A DNA stretch of 64,000 nucleotides from Callorhinchus milii (GCF_018977255.1 NW_024704742.1:44146001-44210000); one strand, 5' to 3'; counted from the stretch's first letter, positions 37,751-51,745 are shown. A program made the numbers and translations. Notes: generated from the letters alone by a model not told the origin.

Positions 37751-38989
37751 CAGACCAGCCAGTCTAGCTTGTTAGTAGATCAGTAGCAAGGCTTTGAGAT
37801 TCTTCTCATTTGGCTCTTGTTATCGCTGCAGGCCAAAGGTCCAATGGGTAGGGTGGTCTCAGCTGGACAAACAGAGGGTAACTTATCGGATATTGTTCAC
37901 AATGACAAGCCACACATTTTTAAAGTCCAGCAGTAACCAGCAGAACACATTTTCCCATACCTGACAAACAGAACTCATACATATGTCAAGACTCAGTAGT
38001 TTACTATGGATACTCTTCAGAACTTAAGCAGAGTGATGGTTTGTCAGACATTCGATTAATTTTTTTTCCTTCAAGAAAATGTTTGCCTTGTTTATTTTAA
38101 GGCATTCCAGTGAAAGCTTTTGTGTATGCAAGGGTGGTTTTCTCTGACCGTGACATCACATAAAATTAGCATTCATGTTGCTTTACATCCTCTCACCACA
38201 TCTGAGCTAGAAATCAACATCAAAATATTAAAAATGAAACTCAAAACTACTGGGGAGTAGCAATTAAAAAAGAAACCAAGGAAGTCAATTTGATATGACT
38301 CAAAGACACCTGAGGTCAAGTGTGGTCAACCCTATTCAACAGCTTGTTTTCCACTGACCATCGGATCCAGACCTAGAGGCCACAGTAGATCGAAAAGGGA
38401 GTTTAGGAAGTTCTTTAAGCAGAAGACATCACTGCTGGAAGCGGTGGTTGAAGCAGAAACTATCAACATATTTAAGAGGAAACTTTATGCATACATCAGA
38501 GAGAGGGAATAGGAAGGGCTCACATGGAGTACAACTAGTGCAACGCAGACTAGTTGGGTTGAATAGCCTGTTTCTGTGCTATAGCATTCCTGGTTGTTAG
38601 TCGATTGGCAGATCACTTTTCTGGGGGTAATAATTCCTTCCAAAAAAAAAGTTGATCACTCAATCCACGATTGTTTGTGGGACATAGCTGTGCGCAATTG
38701 GCTGCCACATTTTGCCCACAAAATCTAAGTCATATGCCTCTAATATAGAAAACAGCAACCCATAGCTTATTTGCTGTATAAATCTACATTACTTCTATAA
38801 GATCCAGACAAGACTGAAGGATAACCCTGCTCCTGCTTCTCTGAAGAAAGTGCTCCTGATCCAAACATGTTTGCCCACAAAAATACACAGTCATTAGTTT
38901 ACAGGAAATACTATGAAACACTTTGAGGTGCTTTGAGGCATCCTCCGGACGTAATAGGTGAAATATCAAATGAAAGGATTATTGTTATT

Positions 38990-39212
38990 ACTAAACCCCA
39001 AAACTCTGGAACACTCTCCCTCTATCCCTCTGCTTGGTCCTCCTTCTCCATCTTCAGGTCCTGCCTGAAGACCTTCCTCTCCAACCTTGCTTACGGTCAC
39101 CTCCCCCCTCCCTCCGACTCAGCATTGCGTTCCGCCACTATCAAGCTCTCGGATGCTACCGCGCACAAAGGGCGCTATGTAAATGCAAATTGTTGTTATT
39201 GCTGTTATTATT
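38990..39212 (+). mobile_element. L2 3' end fragment
   Basis: FRSCLKTFLSNLAYGHL peptide then the L2 tail. Confidence 0.75.
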
Positions 39213-39698
39213 ATGGAGTGACATCTTGCATTTTTCCTTTTCAAGGCGGGCTAGCCTTGAATGTCAGCAAAGACATCATGGAAAATAAAGTTATGCCGAC
39301 ATTAATCAAGCAGCATCTGCTCACTGAAATCAATTGTCACGTTTCTATCAGAGCTTTAGACAACTTGGAAATGGAAATAGAATGTTCAGCCCATCAAACA
39401 TAGTAAAATAGCATTTTTCTGTGCAGAAGGTGGCCATTTGGCCTATTACATCTGCTTCTTCCATAGATGTATAGTGCAGTGTATCAGCAAGTAGAAGAGA
39501 GCAGAATAGGATATATCAAGACACCAAGCTTGAAAAGCCTGCAGACTATAGAGGAAGAGAAGACTAAAGGAGGTAAGGAGTTCTACAGTATTGAGATCTG
39601 ACAAAAGAAGGAGTTTGAATAGAAGATGATGTGTTGTGTTATAATTTCAACACAGTGTGCAGGGAAGTGGAAAAGCGTGTTGGTCAACATATTTGAGT

Positions 39699-40016
39699 GG
39701 AATCCTGTAGCTCAGTGGTTAGAGCACTCGCTTTGCAAGCGAGAGACCTGAGTTCAATTCCAGTCAGGGCGAAACCTTGGGCAAGTTTCCTGACTCCACA
39801 CAGAGCCTAATAATAATCCCTCCAAAACCAAAAACAATAATAAATTGGTCATTTTCAATCCACGACTGTTTGTGGGACATTGCTGTGCGCAATTGGCTGC
39901 CGTGTTCCCCCACAAATATACAGTCAATTCACTTTACAGTGTGTTCTGTGAAGCGCTTTGGGACGTCCTCCCAACATGAAAAGCGCTATATCAAATGAAA
40001 GGATTATTATTATTAT
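39699..40016 (+). mobile_element. Full-length young tRNA-SINE, short variant
   Basis: Near-identical to 19441-19788 over its whole length. Confidence 0.92.
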
Positions 40017-40699
40017 CAGGTGGAACTCTGTAGTACAATTAGGTGAATGTGAAACTAAATGCACTGTGGTGATTCAGTAAGGGATGGACATCAACCAAAG
40101 TTATCTTTGCTCAGCTTTGATTGATTTCTGAGACCCAGAATCTCTCATGTTTGTAGCCAAAAGGACATTGTCTTACAATTTACAGTAGTCCAGAATTCTG
40201 AAACATTCTTCAGCTCACCCTAACTTTGTAGCCATTTTTTACAATAATAATAATATTGAAGAAAAATGACTTCCAAATTAAAACTGAATTTAAGAATTTT
40301 CCCAAACTAAATTCTTACATTTTTGGGGACGTGGGAATACAGTCTCTGTTATTTTAATCAATTTTTACATTTGATAGAATGCTTTTGTATCAGAAAGACG
40401 TCTCAAAGCTCTTCAAAGAATATACTGTAAAGAGGAGTGGCTGTGTATGCTGCAGGCAAACCCAACAGCCAATTTTTAAACAGCAGTGTCGCAACAACAG
40501 GGAATGATGGGGTTAGTGGTGGGGAAAGAGAGTCTGAAAGGGACTGCGTCAAACTTGTTTTGGCTGAGCTCTGAGCTCAATTAGGCTGATCCACATCTTT
40601 GAAGGAGATGATTTGCAATTACTTACTTCACCCAATGGTGCGGTGAATAAAGGTACAGTGGTTAAAGCTGCAGCTTACAAACGTGAACTTGATGGTTCA

Positions 40700-40970
40700 T
40701 AATCCTGGTCATCTTGGGGTGGGTAGGTAAGCAGGGTCTCCTTGGAGGTGAACTGACTCCAAGGTGACATGCCTGGCAACGGAATGTCGGAATTGAGCCA
40801 GTCCTCTGTGGCCGTCTCGGTAGTCCAGTTTCTGAGTCAGGCGAGTCCGCAGTATTCCAGGGCACGGCTGATAACAACACATCAGCAGGACCTGGAAGGG
40901 CAGCCAGTCACTGGGGGCAGGGAATCATCCAATTCAGCTCCTGTTAACTTTGCAAGCCAGAGCCCTAATG
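40700..40970 (+). repeat. Unclassified interspersed repeat, copy 3
   Basis: Homologous to copies at 4570, 31550 and 53887; hairpin CCTTGGAG-n9-CTCCAAGG at 40740-40764. Confidence 0.7.
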
Positions 40971-41859
40971 GGGAGGTGGTCCTAGCTGGACAGGCAATGG
41001 GAAAACTTGCCAAATAGTGCTATTGATGGCAAGTTACCTGGTTTTAGCTGGTTGGATTCCAGCAGTCTTGCCAATTTGCGCCTAATACTTTCTGGAATTA
41101 AGTAAACAAGCTGCGTCCCTTCAGGGAGAGAGTGTGCATTACATTCCAACAAGTTATCTCTAGAATATCCATGTGTAGGTGGGATGCATAGAAATCTGTT
41201 TAGTTTGGATATTCTTAAGCATGATGATGAGTTTCCGCATGTGTCAGACACCAGGCTGACCCCACACCAAAATAATTCTGGCATGTACTGAATCGTCTGC
41301 TATCTTGGGGAGGTTATATTGGCTTCTTTCTTTTGAAGCAAAAACATCAATGTCTTTTGGAGGAAGTGTGATGAGATATATGAGGAAGAGGGGATTAGGA
41401 GGGGCACAGACTCAGAGAACAAACACCAGCATGCACTTACTGGGCTGAATGGCCTGTTTCCGTTTTGTAATGTTTTATGTAATTTTATCTCTACATTTGT
41501 TTCCTTCATGGAGAATAGAAAGCCCCTTCGGGGAAAAAGCACAAAACTGAGCCAAAAATTCAAACCCAATCCAATCCAACCCTACATTTAGGATTGTCGG
41601 ACTGGATTCACGTTTCCTCTGAATTGGCAGATCGGGAGATCTGATCCCCAATTGACAAGAAGCTTGGAGATGAGCTGTATTTAAACTTTAAACTTCAAAT
41701 ACAGTATAAATGGGTCAGAGCTGATGTTTTAAGAAATTAGTTAGATTGAACTGGACTCTCAGTTCTCGGATCCCTTTGTCAGTTTTACTGTAATGAGGAA
41801 AAACCTTTAGAAGATGTTCTTGGAATGAATACCTGGAAAATGTTATTATCTTTTTTCTA

Positions 41860-43290
41860 ACAGCTTGTGTGGCAGAAATTAGGGCCTGGATGAGTGCAAA
41901 CTTCCTGCAGCTGAATGTGGAAAGACAGAAGCCATACTTCTTGGCTCCCATCAACTTCTTCACTCGTAGATCTGAACTCCTCAACCTCCCTGGACTCTCC
42001 CTCAGACTCACCAAACTAGTGTGCAATCTAGGCGTCTGGTTTGACCCTCAGCTGTCCTTGCTTCCCCACTTCCGGTCGCTGACCATAACCGCCTTCCTCC
42101 GCCACATAGCCAGCCTCCAACCGTACCTTAACCTAAATGCAGCCGAAACTCTCGTGCATAAGTTTGTCATCTTTCACCTGGATTACTCAAACGCACTCCT
42201 TGCCAGTCTCCCCAGCTCCACTTTTTAAAAAATTCAGCTCACTCAGAACTCTGTTGCTGACATACTGAACCGGACTAAACTCCATACCCACATCTCACCA
42301 GTTCTGGCCAGGCTCCACTGGCTCCCCATCACTGAACAACAACAACAACAACAACCATATGACATTTATAGAGCGCCTTTCACGTCGGGAGGACGTCCCA
42401 AGGCGCTGAACAGTCAGGGGTCGGGGCCCAAGCATGGGGGAGGGAAGGCAGAGAGGTGGGAGGGAGCCCAAAGGCACGATCGAATAGAAGGGTCTTGAGA
42501 CTGGCCTTGAAGGAGGCAAGAGAGTCAGTGAGGCGAAGGGACTGTGGGATGCAGTTCCAAAGTGTGGGGGCAGAGGGGCTGAAAACCCGGCCACCGATGG
42601 TAGGGTGGGTCGGGCGTGAGACATGGAGCAGACTGGAGCCCGCTGAATGGAGGGAGCGGGCAGGTTAGTAGGGAGTCAGCAGGTCAGAGAGGTAGGAGGG
42701 GGCGAAGCCATGGATGGCCTTAAAGGTGAGGACGAGGATCTTGAACTCGATCCTCTGGAGGATGGGGAGCCAGTGGAATCGGGCGAGGGTGGGAGTGATG
42801 GGGTCGCAGATCCTGGTGCGTGAGAGTACACGAACTGCAGTTTTGGATGATCTGCAGCTTGTGAAGGCCGATGAGGAGGGAGTTCCCATAATGGATGGAT
42901 CGACTTCAAGATCCTAACACTTGTGTTCAAATTGCTTCACTCCCTGGCACCTCCCTACCTCTCCAATCTCCTCACTCCCCAATCCCACACCTGGTGCCTC
43001 CACTCGACTGGCACCGGCGTCCTGCTCGTACCTCATACCCTCCACTCCACCAATGGAGGTCGCTGTTTCAGCCGCACGCCCCGAAGCTTTGAAACACTCC
43101 CTCAATCCTTTTGCTTTGCCCCCTCTCTCCCCTTTTTCAAATATTGCCTGGAAACCTTCCTTTACGACTGTGCTTATGGTCACCTCCCCAACCATCCCCA
43201 GCTCGGAGTCAGGCTCTGCCACAGTTAAGCACTCTGAGATGCTACCCTGAGTGGAAGGCACTATATAAGTGCAAGTTGTTCTTATTGTTG
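41860..43290 (+). mobile_element. L2 LINE (family A), split by a nested insertion at 42337-42892
   Basis: WMSANFLQLN, NLGVWFDPQLS, LDYSNALL up to 42336; resumes TGGATCGACTTCAAG at about 42896 and runs to the tail. Confidence 0.88.
42337..42892 (-). mobile_element. L2 LINE (family B) nested in antisense orientation
   Basis: DPITPTLARFHWLPILQRIEFKILVLTFKAIHG; (CAA)n tail at the left end; homologous to 47100-47712. Confidence 0.88.
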
Positions 43291-43374
43291 ACGATGGACC
43301 ATGTGGTCATTTCTCATTCTATGCTTTCTTATGTTCACAGATGCTATGAAAAAAAATCTATTCTTTAGTGTGCC

Positions 43375-43810
43375 AGTCTAGTCTAGCTCAATTTGTATTC
43401 TTGCCTTGGGTCAAAAGGTTGTGGGTTCAAGCCCTACATTGGGATGATGAATTCACAGTCTAGGTTGATACTAATGCAGATTTGGGATTGTGATGCTTTT
43501 TTGGAGGTGCCTTCGGCTTAAATTTTAAACCAAGGTTCTGCCAACTTGTTTAAGCACTTTGAGACATCCTCCTGACGTGAAAGGTGCTATATAAATGTAA
43601 ATGTGTTGTTGTTCAGGGATGAATTTTGCCCAGTATCCAGCCAACAATCCTCCTTATAATTTAGTTATTCACTTTCATGCCTGTTTGTGCAACTTTGCAG
43701 GCACAAATTGGCAGCTGTGTTTGCTAACAAATACAGTCAGTATAATAGACATTAAGTACCTGTGAAGTACTTTGAGACATTTTGACATTATAGGCTCTAT
43801 ATCAATATGG
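43375..43810 (+). mobile_element. Decayed Deu-domain SINE with a nested tail fragment
   Basis: AAAGGTTGTGGGTTCAAGCCC head, GGAGGTGCC, internal L2-like tail at about 43550-43613. Confidence 0.55.
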
Positions 43811-44454
43811 AATATTCATTAGCGAAATGTGATTTGTATTGCAGTGTGCGTGGGGATAGAAATTCCTGCTATAGTTGTGTGAATGCTGTAATTAAGCCAA
43901 ACCCTTCAGTAGTTTGCACACCTACAGCATGCAAGCATGCTGAAGTTGCTCTCATGTCCTCGCATTTCTTGGCAGGCAACGAATCACACAAGTCAGCCAG
44001 CAGCTTTCTCCAGTTCAACTTGGATGTTAAAGCATATCCTCTGCATATTTATTCTGATATAAGGTATCAAGTGGCACACAGCAGGGTACTTTTGTAAGCA
44101 GATCTCATTTGTAAAGGTATGTGTAATGCAACAGGGATCTTTGTTGTCCCGGAGGTACACTGGTAACAGCTGGCAACAGCTTGGGTTTCTCTAATCAGGT
44201 ACAGACAGGTGTAGGCCTTTCATGTTGAGAATGTTAACTGCATTCTAATGACAATATAACTTCATCTGAAGGAAATTATTATTGGAGTAATGGGATAATG
44301 ACATGCAATTTATAAACAGATATTTTCCACTCAAGAGAAAGTATCAGTTACATATTTTCTATTCATGATCTCTTCCTCTTCCATTTTGGTATGAAACAGG
44401 TTGTTTTGAGACTAAATGAATTGAGTTTAGATGCCCATATGTCATTTGTAGGCT

Positions 44455-44940
44455 GTACAGTGCTTTAGTCAGACTACACGTTGATTACTGCTTACAGTTC
44501 TGGAGGTTGCGGAGCAGAAGGGAGCAATGAGATTGATTCCCAGTATTAGAGGAATAAGCTGTGAGCAAAGAATAGACAGGGCTCTTCAGTCTTGAGAGAA
44601 CATGACTCAATGAGGCCTCATAAAGGTGTACAAAATTTTAAATGGGATTGAGAAAGCAAACCCAGATCAATGCTTTCAGATCCATCATGAAAACATCACA
44701 AGAGGACATAGGCTTAGCGTTGTAAAGGCCAATTTCAGGAAAGATACCAGAAAGTTTTTCTTTATGCAAAGGGTAATGAACGATTGGAACAAGGTTCCGG
44801 GAACAGTGATAGAGGCCAGAACACTTGACTCATTTAAAAAGCAGCTTGATGTAGTGACTGGTAGTCTGGGAGTTCTGAAGGGATGAGATCAGATGAGCTG
44901 AAGGGTTTTCTTCACCCAGACTAATCTTGTGATCTTGTGA
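44455..44940 (+). mobile_element. CR1-like 3' fragment
   Basis: YKILNGIEK...TRGHRL...RKFFFMQRVMNDWNKVP...LDSFKKQLD. Confidence 0.85.
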
Positions 44941-45534
44941 GTACAACCAATGTTGCCTTCAGTTGCAGGCAGGTCCTGCTCCTCCCCCCAAAAAATGTAA
45001 AAGGAATCTTCCAAAGGGCTTGCACACATATAAAACAAGATTGAGAGGAATATGATCAAAGGTCATTAAAATTAGGAATTTCATAAATGGTATTGATTTA
45101 TGAAACTCATCATTTCAGGCAAATCTGAGTTATATTGTAGAGACAGAATTGGAATGTGTGGTTTAAATTAGAAAGTTTCAAGAGAGGAAAAAGCTTAATT
45201 TTATTTCTTCCAGAAAGCAGAAATTTCAATGTGACATTAGAACTGACAAAATCTTTTTGCTCTTACCAATTGTCTTCTTGGCTCTCCTGAAGGCAATCAC
45301 TCTTTCCTGGGATGGGGTGCAAGCCTGTGATACCTCAGCCAAGTGGCAGCCAATTCAATGGTGGAAAGCCCAAAGCCAATCCTGTCTTTGCACGCTGTCT
45401 ACATATGCACATTTATATTAATAATAATCCTTCAATTGTATTTGCAAGGAGGTCACAAAGTGCAATCTTCCTGCATTTACTAAATATTGTTCTCTGACTT
45501 CTCTTCCAAAAGTGATGATATTTTCATAAAATTG

Positions 45535-46035
45535 AATAGGATGAAGAAGGCCCTTTGACCCATTTGATCTCATTCTTCCAGAATATCTACCCTGTTGTCT
45601 TCCAATTAGAGCACTAACCTTTTTTTAAAAATGATTTCAGCATTCTGGCCTCAGCCACCCTTCCTGTTAACCTATTCTGGGTATTAATTACTCTCTGAGT
45701 AAATAAATACTTCCTTGTGTCTTTCCTGAAATTGTTCTTTGTTAAAGCTTTGTCCTCTTGTTCTACTGTCTTAGTGCACCTGAAAGATGTTGTACTGGGT
45801 TTACTTTCTCAATTCCATTAAAAAAATTATATAAAGTCCCCTCTGAGATGTATCCTTTCAAGCCTGAAAAGCTCTAGCTTGTCTAAGCATTGCTCATAGC
45901 TCATTCCTCTAACATGGGAAGTCATCCTCATTGTTCTCCTCTGGGGCCTGTGCAGTCGGTTATGTCATTGTGACCAGAACTGTATTCAGTTCTCCATTTG
46001 CAACATGACTAGAGCATTGTATAACTTGAGTTATG
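45535..46035 (-). mobile_element. Old CR1-like 3' fragment
   Basis: Reverse-complement similarity to 44455-44940. Confidence 0.6.
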
Positions 46036-47099
46036 ACTTCTGAAGGTATAAATTCAACTGACCTGGCAAAATATTCCCAGCATCCTGTTCGCCTTGTTTA
46101 TTGCTGTTTCACACTGGTGATTGTGAAGTCAGCTAGCATCTCTGGATCTCTATTAGCTTTCCTCTGGGCAAGTAATGTCCCATTCATGGGGTACGTGTCT
46201 TCTTACTTCCTAAATATAATACCTTGCATTAATCCGTGCATTGAGTTTTCAGTCGAACGTTAACATCAACTCATGATGATACTCCTATAATCTTGTAATC
46301 TAGTTGTAACAAGTTGGAAATTTTTCTGAAACAATTTTATGTAAAAGATGACTGTTGTGTAGAATCAGGAAATGTGATTAGCCTTAAATTTCATTGTAGA
46401 TCTTACAATCACATTAATATTTGGAATAACTACTGTATTAGCATTAAATTATGTAACTTGATAAGTAATTGAATGTATTGTCTGCTTAAGCCTGGAGTCC
46501 CCACTTACATGTAGATTATGTGAAGGAAGCAAGCAATTTTCACAGTCTGAAACATCCTTGTTCAAGCACAATGCCTGTGGCAAAATACATATTGCTTTGA
46601 AATGTTGCTAAAAATCTAAATTTAAAGAGATGTGCTTCATGCTGTTGATATCTTATTTCAATATAAAGAGTAAATTCAACGAGTAGAAGCTGGCCCTTGC
46701 TGAGTGCAGCAAGAAGCTGTCTCTGACCACAGTTATCCTATTTCACAGGCATCTTCATCCAGTTGGTTCATGATAACGTATTGATCACCATGCCAAACAA
46801 GAGTTGGCAATAAACAAGGCAAACAGGGTGCTAGTCTGTATTGCCAGTCAAATGAGTTCAGATCTCCAGGTCCCTGGCAGGCAAATCTAGTGGGTAACAC
46901 AGGTGTGACCTCACAGCAAACTAGTGCTGAATGAAAAGCTGTAAAGTGGATAAAGAACAAATACATTGCAGGATACTTTGAAAAGAGATTCCAGTCTAAA
47001 TGCTGCAGCTGTTTTAAAATACCCCTTAATGTCTGTCAATTCAACACTGTGACTAACAACTATAAAGCCTGAAATTCCACCTAGTTTTAGCTTAGCCTC

Positions 47100-47712
47100 T
47101 CAGGCTGCTGAAACCCTCACCCATGCATTCGTCACATCAAGGCTCAATTATGGAAACTCCCTCCACATCGGCCTTCCCAACTCTTCCCTTCACAAGTTGC
47201 AGATCATCCAAAACTCTGCAGCTCGTGTACTCTTGCGCACCAGGCTCCGTGACCCCATCACTCCCACCCTCACCCGACTCCACTGGTTCCCCATCCCTCA
47301 GAGGATTGAATTAAAGATCCTCGTTCTCACTTTCAAGGCCATCCATGGCCTTGCCCCCTCCTATCTCTCTGACCTGCTGACTCCCTACCAACCTGCCCGC
47401 TCCCTCCGTTCAGCGGGCTCCCATCCGACCCGCCCTACCATCAGTGGCCGGGCTTTCAGCCTCTCTGCCCCCACACTCTGGAACGCCATCCCACAAGCCC
47501 TTCGCCTCACTTCCCCCTTACCTCCTTCAAAGCCGGTCTCAAGATCCTCCTCTTCAATTGTGCCTTCACAGTCGCCCTGCCACTTCTCTGCCTTCCCTCG
47601 CCCCTAACCCATCACTCCCCTATGCTCGGGTCCCGACCCCTGACTGTCCAGCACCTTGAGACGTCGTCCAGACGTGAAAGGCGGCTATAAATGTAACTTT
47701 GTTGTTGTTGCT
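47100..47712 (+). mobile_element. L2 LINE (family B) 3' portion
   Basis: QIIQNSAARVL...LHWFPIPQRIELKILVLTFKAIHG...LWNAIP; (GTT)n tail. Confidence 0.9.
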
Positions 47713-48189
47713 GTAAAACCTTAGTATTATCTTTAAATTTAAGATTGCCCAGGATTATGGAAAATCCTTAAATTCAGTCTTAATATAAAAGCTGGTTTTC
47801 CTACAGGTTTTTGAATGAACTGGCTTTGAAATTAGGTCTTAATTTTAAAAATCAACAATCCTGTGCAATCTTAAATGCTAAGAAAATATGGTCTTATAAG
47901 CTAAAACCAGATTGAATTTCAAGGCTTGGGTTTGGGTTGAGGTTTGTCACATAATTCTCCTGTAACTTTCAGAGTCCAGAACCTTTTAGAGTAGCATTTG
48001 TTCAGTCATTCAACAAAGAATACGGAGCGTGGAAACAGGTCACTTGGCTAAACTGTGCCCGTGTTTATACTTTATACACACGATTCTTCACCCACTCCTT
48101 ACTCCCTCTCATACGCTTCTATTCGTTTCTTTTTCATGTGAAAGTCTAGCTTCCTCTTAAATGCATCTGTACTATCTGATTCAACCAAT

Positions 48190-48870
48190 GCTGAAGGCAT
48201 GGTCAAAGAGGAAGGTCTTCAGATGGGACTTGAAGGAGGCAAGAGAGGGGGTGAGGCGCAGGCATTGCGGAATAGAGTTCCAGAGTGGGGGGTGACAGAG
48301 ATGCTGAATGCCCGACCACCAGCGGAGTCTGACAGGAAGTCAATGAATTTGAACACGAGTGTGAGGATCTTGAAGTCGATCCATTCGGTGATGGGGAGCC
48401 AGTAGAGCCTGTTCAGAACTGGTGAGATGTGGGTACCGAGTTTGGTCCGGGTCAGTATGCGGGCAGCAGAGTTCTAAATTAGCTGGTGTTTTGAATACTG
48501 GAGCTGGGGAGACCGGTGAGGAGTGCTTTTGAGTAACCCGGTCAGGAAGTGACAAAAGCATGCACGAGGGTTTCGGCTCCATTTAGTATAAGGTACGTTC
48601 AGAGGTGGACAATGTGGCAGAGGAAGCCGGTCCTGGTCAGTGACCGGATGTGGGGGAGGAAGGACAGCTGTGTGTCAAACCGTACGCCTAGATTGCGCAC
48701 TGGTTCGGTGAGTCTGAGGGAGAGCCCAGGGAGGTTGAGTTCATGTTGGGAGGATGTCTCAAGGAGTTTGACAGTCCTGGCTGGGGATGGGAACCAAAGG
48801 GGAAGGGGAGGGGAAAGATGACCAAAACTGTATTCAAAGAGGTACATCTGGAGACAAACCCGGAACAAGG
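48190..48870 (-). mobile_element. Composite L2 fragments
   Basis: TEPVRNLGVRFDTQLSFLPHI and RMDRLQDPHTR, as in the other family A copies. Confidence 0.8.
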
Positions 48871-49374
48871 TGATGATAATTTGTAGAGTTAATGATGAAA
48901 TTTAGAGAGTAGAATAATGCAGCCTATCTTGAAGTCCTAGTGAAATTCAATAGGTGTCTTCTGTGGTTAAAAACGCAAAATGCTGTCATTACTGCAAAAT
49001 CCTTAATTGGACCTCATTGATCGGTGAGATTCATATCATCATTAGTTTACATTATAAATTACATCATTTTAGATTGTTTTAAGACCAATGCTGACCATTT
49101 AGTATATAATAATAATAATCCTTGCATTTGATATAGTGCCTTATCGTGTCTTCGAGGCGTCTCTATATATTGGCACATAGAGATTAAGGTTGATTTACAA
49201 TCAATAAAAAATTACATTTGTATAACACCTTTCAAAGCACTGGATAGTCCAAGGTTTGCACCTAAACTGGGGTTAGGAGTCAAGAGGGTGGAGGACAAGA
49301 GGGAGGGAGAAACATGGCTGAATGCATGATCAAAAAAGAGTTTGAGGTTGTTGTTACCAGGAGTTGTTTGAGGT

Positions 49375-49740
49375 TTTCAAAATAATGAAAGGAATTATCA
49401 GGTTAGATGGTGGATAACTCTTTCCTCTGGTAGAAGGACACATTACCAGGGGGAATTGCCTTAAAATTAGAATAAAGCCATTAAAACTGAGGTCAGAAAG
49501 CATTTCTTCACATAAAGGGCGGTGAAGATGTGGAATGCATTGCTCTAGAATGCTATGGAAGCAAAATCAATAAAGATATTTAAAAGAGAGATAGACAATA
49601 TACGTGGGTAGTAGATGTATTAAAGGGCATGTAGACAGGGTGGGTATTGGGATTAAAACTTCTGCCAAATTCTGATATACTAGTGGAACTAGTTCAATGG
49701 GTTGAATGGCTTTCTCCTGTTCTCTGTTTCTATGTATGCA
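49375..49740 (+). mobile_element. CR1 3' fragment
   Basis: TTTTCAAAATAATGAAAGGA...CATTTCTTCACA...TGGAATGCATTGC...GGGTTGAATGGC, typical CR1 end. Confidence 0.65.
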
Positions 49741-51099
49741 TCCTACAACAACAAAACCACCAACTTGCATTTATGTAGCGCTCTTCACACCGGACGGTAT
49801 CTCGGAGTGCTTTCAGATGGCTGTAGAAAGGACCAAAATGGGAGATTGTACAGCAGGTAAATTGGGGATCATATCACTTTAGTAAAACATTCTTTACATT
49901 TTACAATTTCTGCCTTCAGCAATAAATATCTATTTTAGGCAAAGGTCAGTTCTGTATCAGTTGGTTCAAAATCTTATCAGATCTTCCTCTTTCAGACATT
50001 TTTTCCACGAAGAAGATGCTCATCCCTTACTAACCAGCCTTGAGGAGGGAGAGGCCTGGAAGAGGAATATAGAATTCTGACTGCTATTGATAAGGATGTT
50101 ACCTGCCTCAAAAAATAACAGCACTTTGACTGGTTCACATCATGTATCTGTTCATTTAATTATTCTTTCTTTGCATTTGTATATCAACACATGCAGGGCA
50201 TTTGGCATATAAAACATGCCCACCATTTAATTACTTCTTGACAGTTCTGTTTAATCCCATCTCCCCACCTTTTCTCCATATCCCTAAATACCATTATTTC
50301 TCAATGAATTACAGAAAATTACATAGACTGTACCGCACTGAAACCAGTCATTCGGGCAAACTAGTCTGTGCTACAGTTTAAATTTCACAAAAGCCTCCAT
50401 CCATCCTATCCCATCTTCTTTTTTCCTCTCCCAAATCATCTATTTCTTTCTCCCTCGTGTATGTACAGCTATATAGCTTTTGGCTAACAGTTCTACTGCT
50501 CTTTGGACGGGTGCACATTCTCACAACCTATCTCTGGCTTGTATAGCGAGCTACAAACATTAAAGTTGCCCATTGACAGTTAGCATATCTACCAAAAATA
50601 ACATTCGATCAGGCTTCACTTACTTATTTCTAGCCAAATTGCTTAAAAGACTGATACAATTGTCTTTTTTGTATATCAATTCTTAGAATCGATTCAATGT
50701 TGCACAACCAATTGGATACTCAGTTACTCGTAAAATGGCTTAATGTTTCTGCCAAATTGAGACTTTGCATAGCTAAGCTGTTCGATGTTGGAGCCTGTGG
50801 GAAAGAGGCAGATGTAATAAATGCCCCATTTTCAAATCTGTGTTTCTTCAATGTGAAGGCTTTCTTTATAAACTATAAATCTATCTTGTGTTTTGTCTGA
50901 AAATCCCTGACGGCCCAGCAGTCTGTTAGAGGAGAAAGGCTTAAAAAAAAATTACACCTGATTTTCATAGTCAGAAGGACTTGCCTGTGTTGGAATGGTA
51001 ATACTGTGAATCATTCATTAAAATGTCATTTAAATTGTACTTAACATTAAACTTTTGCAATTCAATTACAAGTGTGTTGAAAGAAATCTATAAGTGTTG

Positions 51100-51745
51100 A
51101 ATAATAATAATAATCCTTGCATTTCATATTGCACCTTATCACTTCGTCGAGAGGTCTCAAAGCGCTTCACAGGATTTACTGTAAAATGGATCTCTTAAGA
51201 TTTTATCTTAATAGATATCCTGCCTCTGACCGTGCATTTTGTGGGTGAAACGCAGCAGTCAGTTGAGCACAACAATGTTCCACAAATAACCATAGAGAGA
51301 GTGACCAATTTGGGGGATTGTTGGCTTGGACTGGAGAAACACTCTCCTCTTTTCGAATAATGGGATGTTTAACATCAACCTGAACAGGCAGACGGAAACT
51401 CGATTTAACATCTTATCTGAAGGATAACAACCACAAAATTCCATTTGTAAAGCACCTTTCATATTGGGAGGATGTCCCAAGGTCCTGGACAGTCGGTGTT
51501 TTGGACCCGAGCTGGGCGTTGGGATTGGGGAGGATGGAGGGAAGGGGAAGAAAGGAGGGTGATCAAAGGCTTGGTCGAAGAGGGTTTTGAGATGGGTCTT
51601 GAAGGAGGTAACAGGAGAGGGCAAGGCAGAGGGACTGTGGGATGGAGTTCCAGAGGGTGAGGGCAGAGTGGCTGAAGGCCCGGCTTATGGAGTCAACCAG
51701 GAGGCACTCGGACTTGTTGATGTTCAACTGAAGAAAGCTCACCAC
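51100..51745 (-). mobile_element. Deu-domain SINE 3' part (51100-51424) abutting an L2 3' fragment (51425-51745)
   Basis: SINE tail and central domain; L2 peptides TLWNSIPQSL and SFKTHLKTLFDQAF. Confidence 0.7.
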
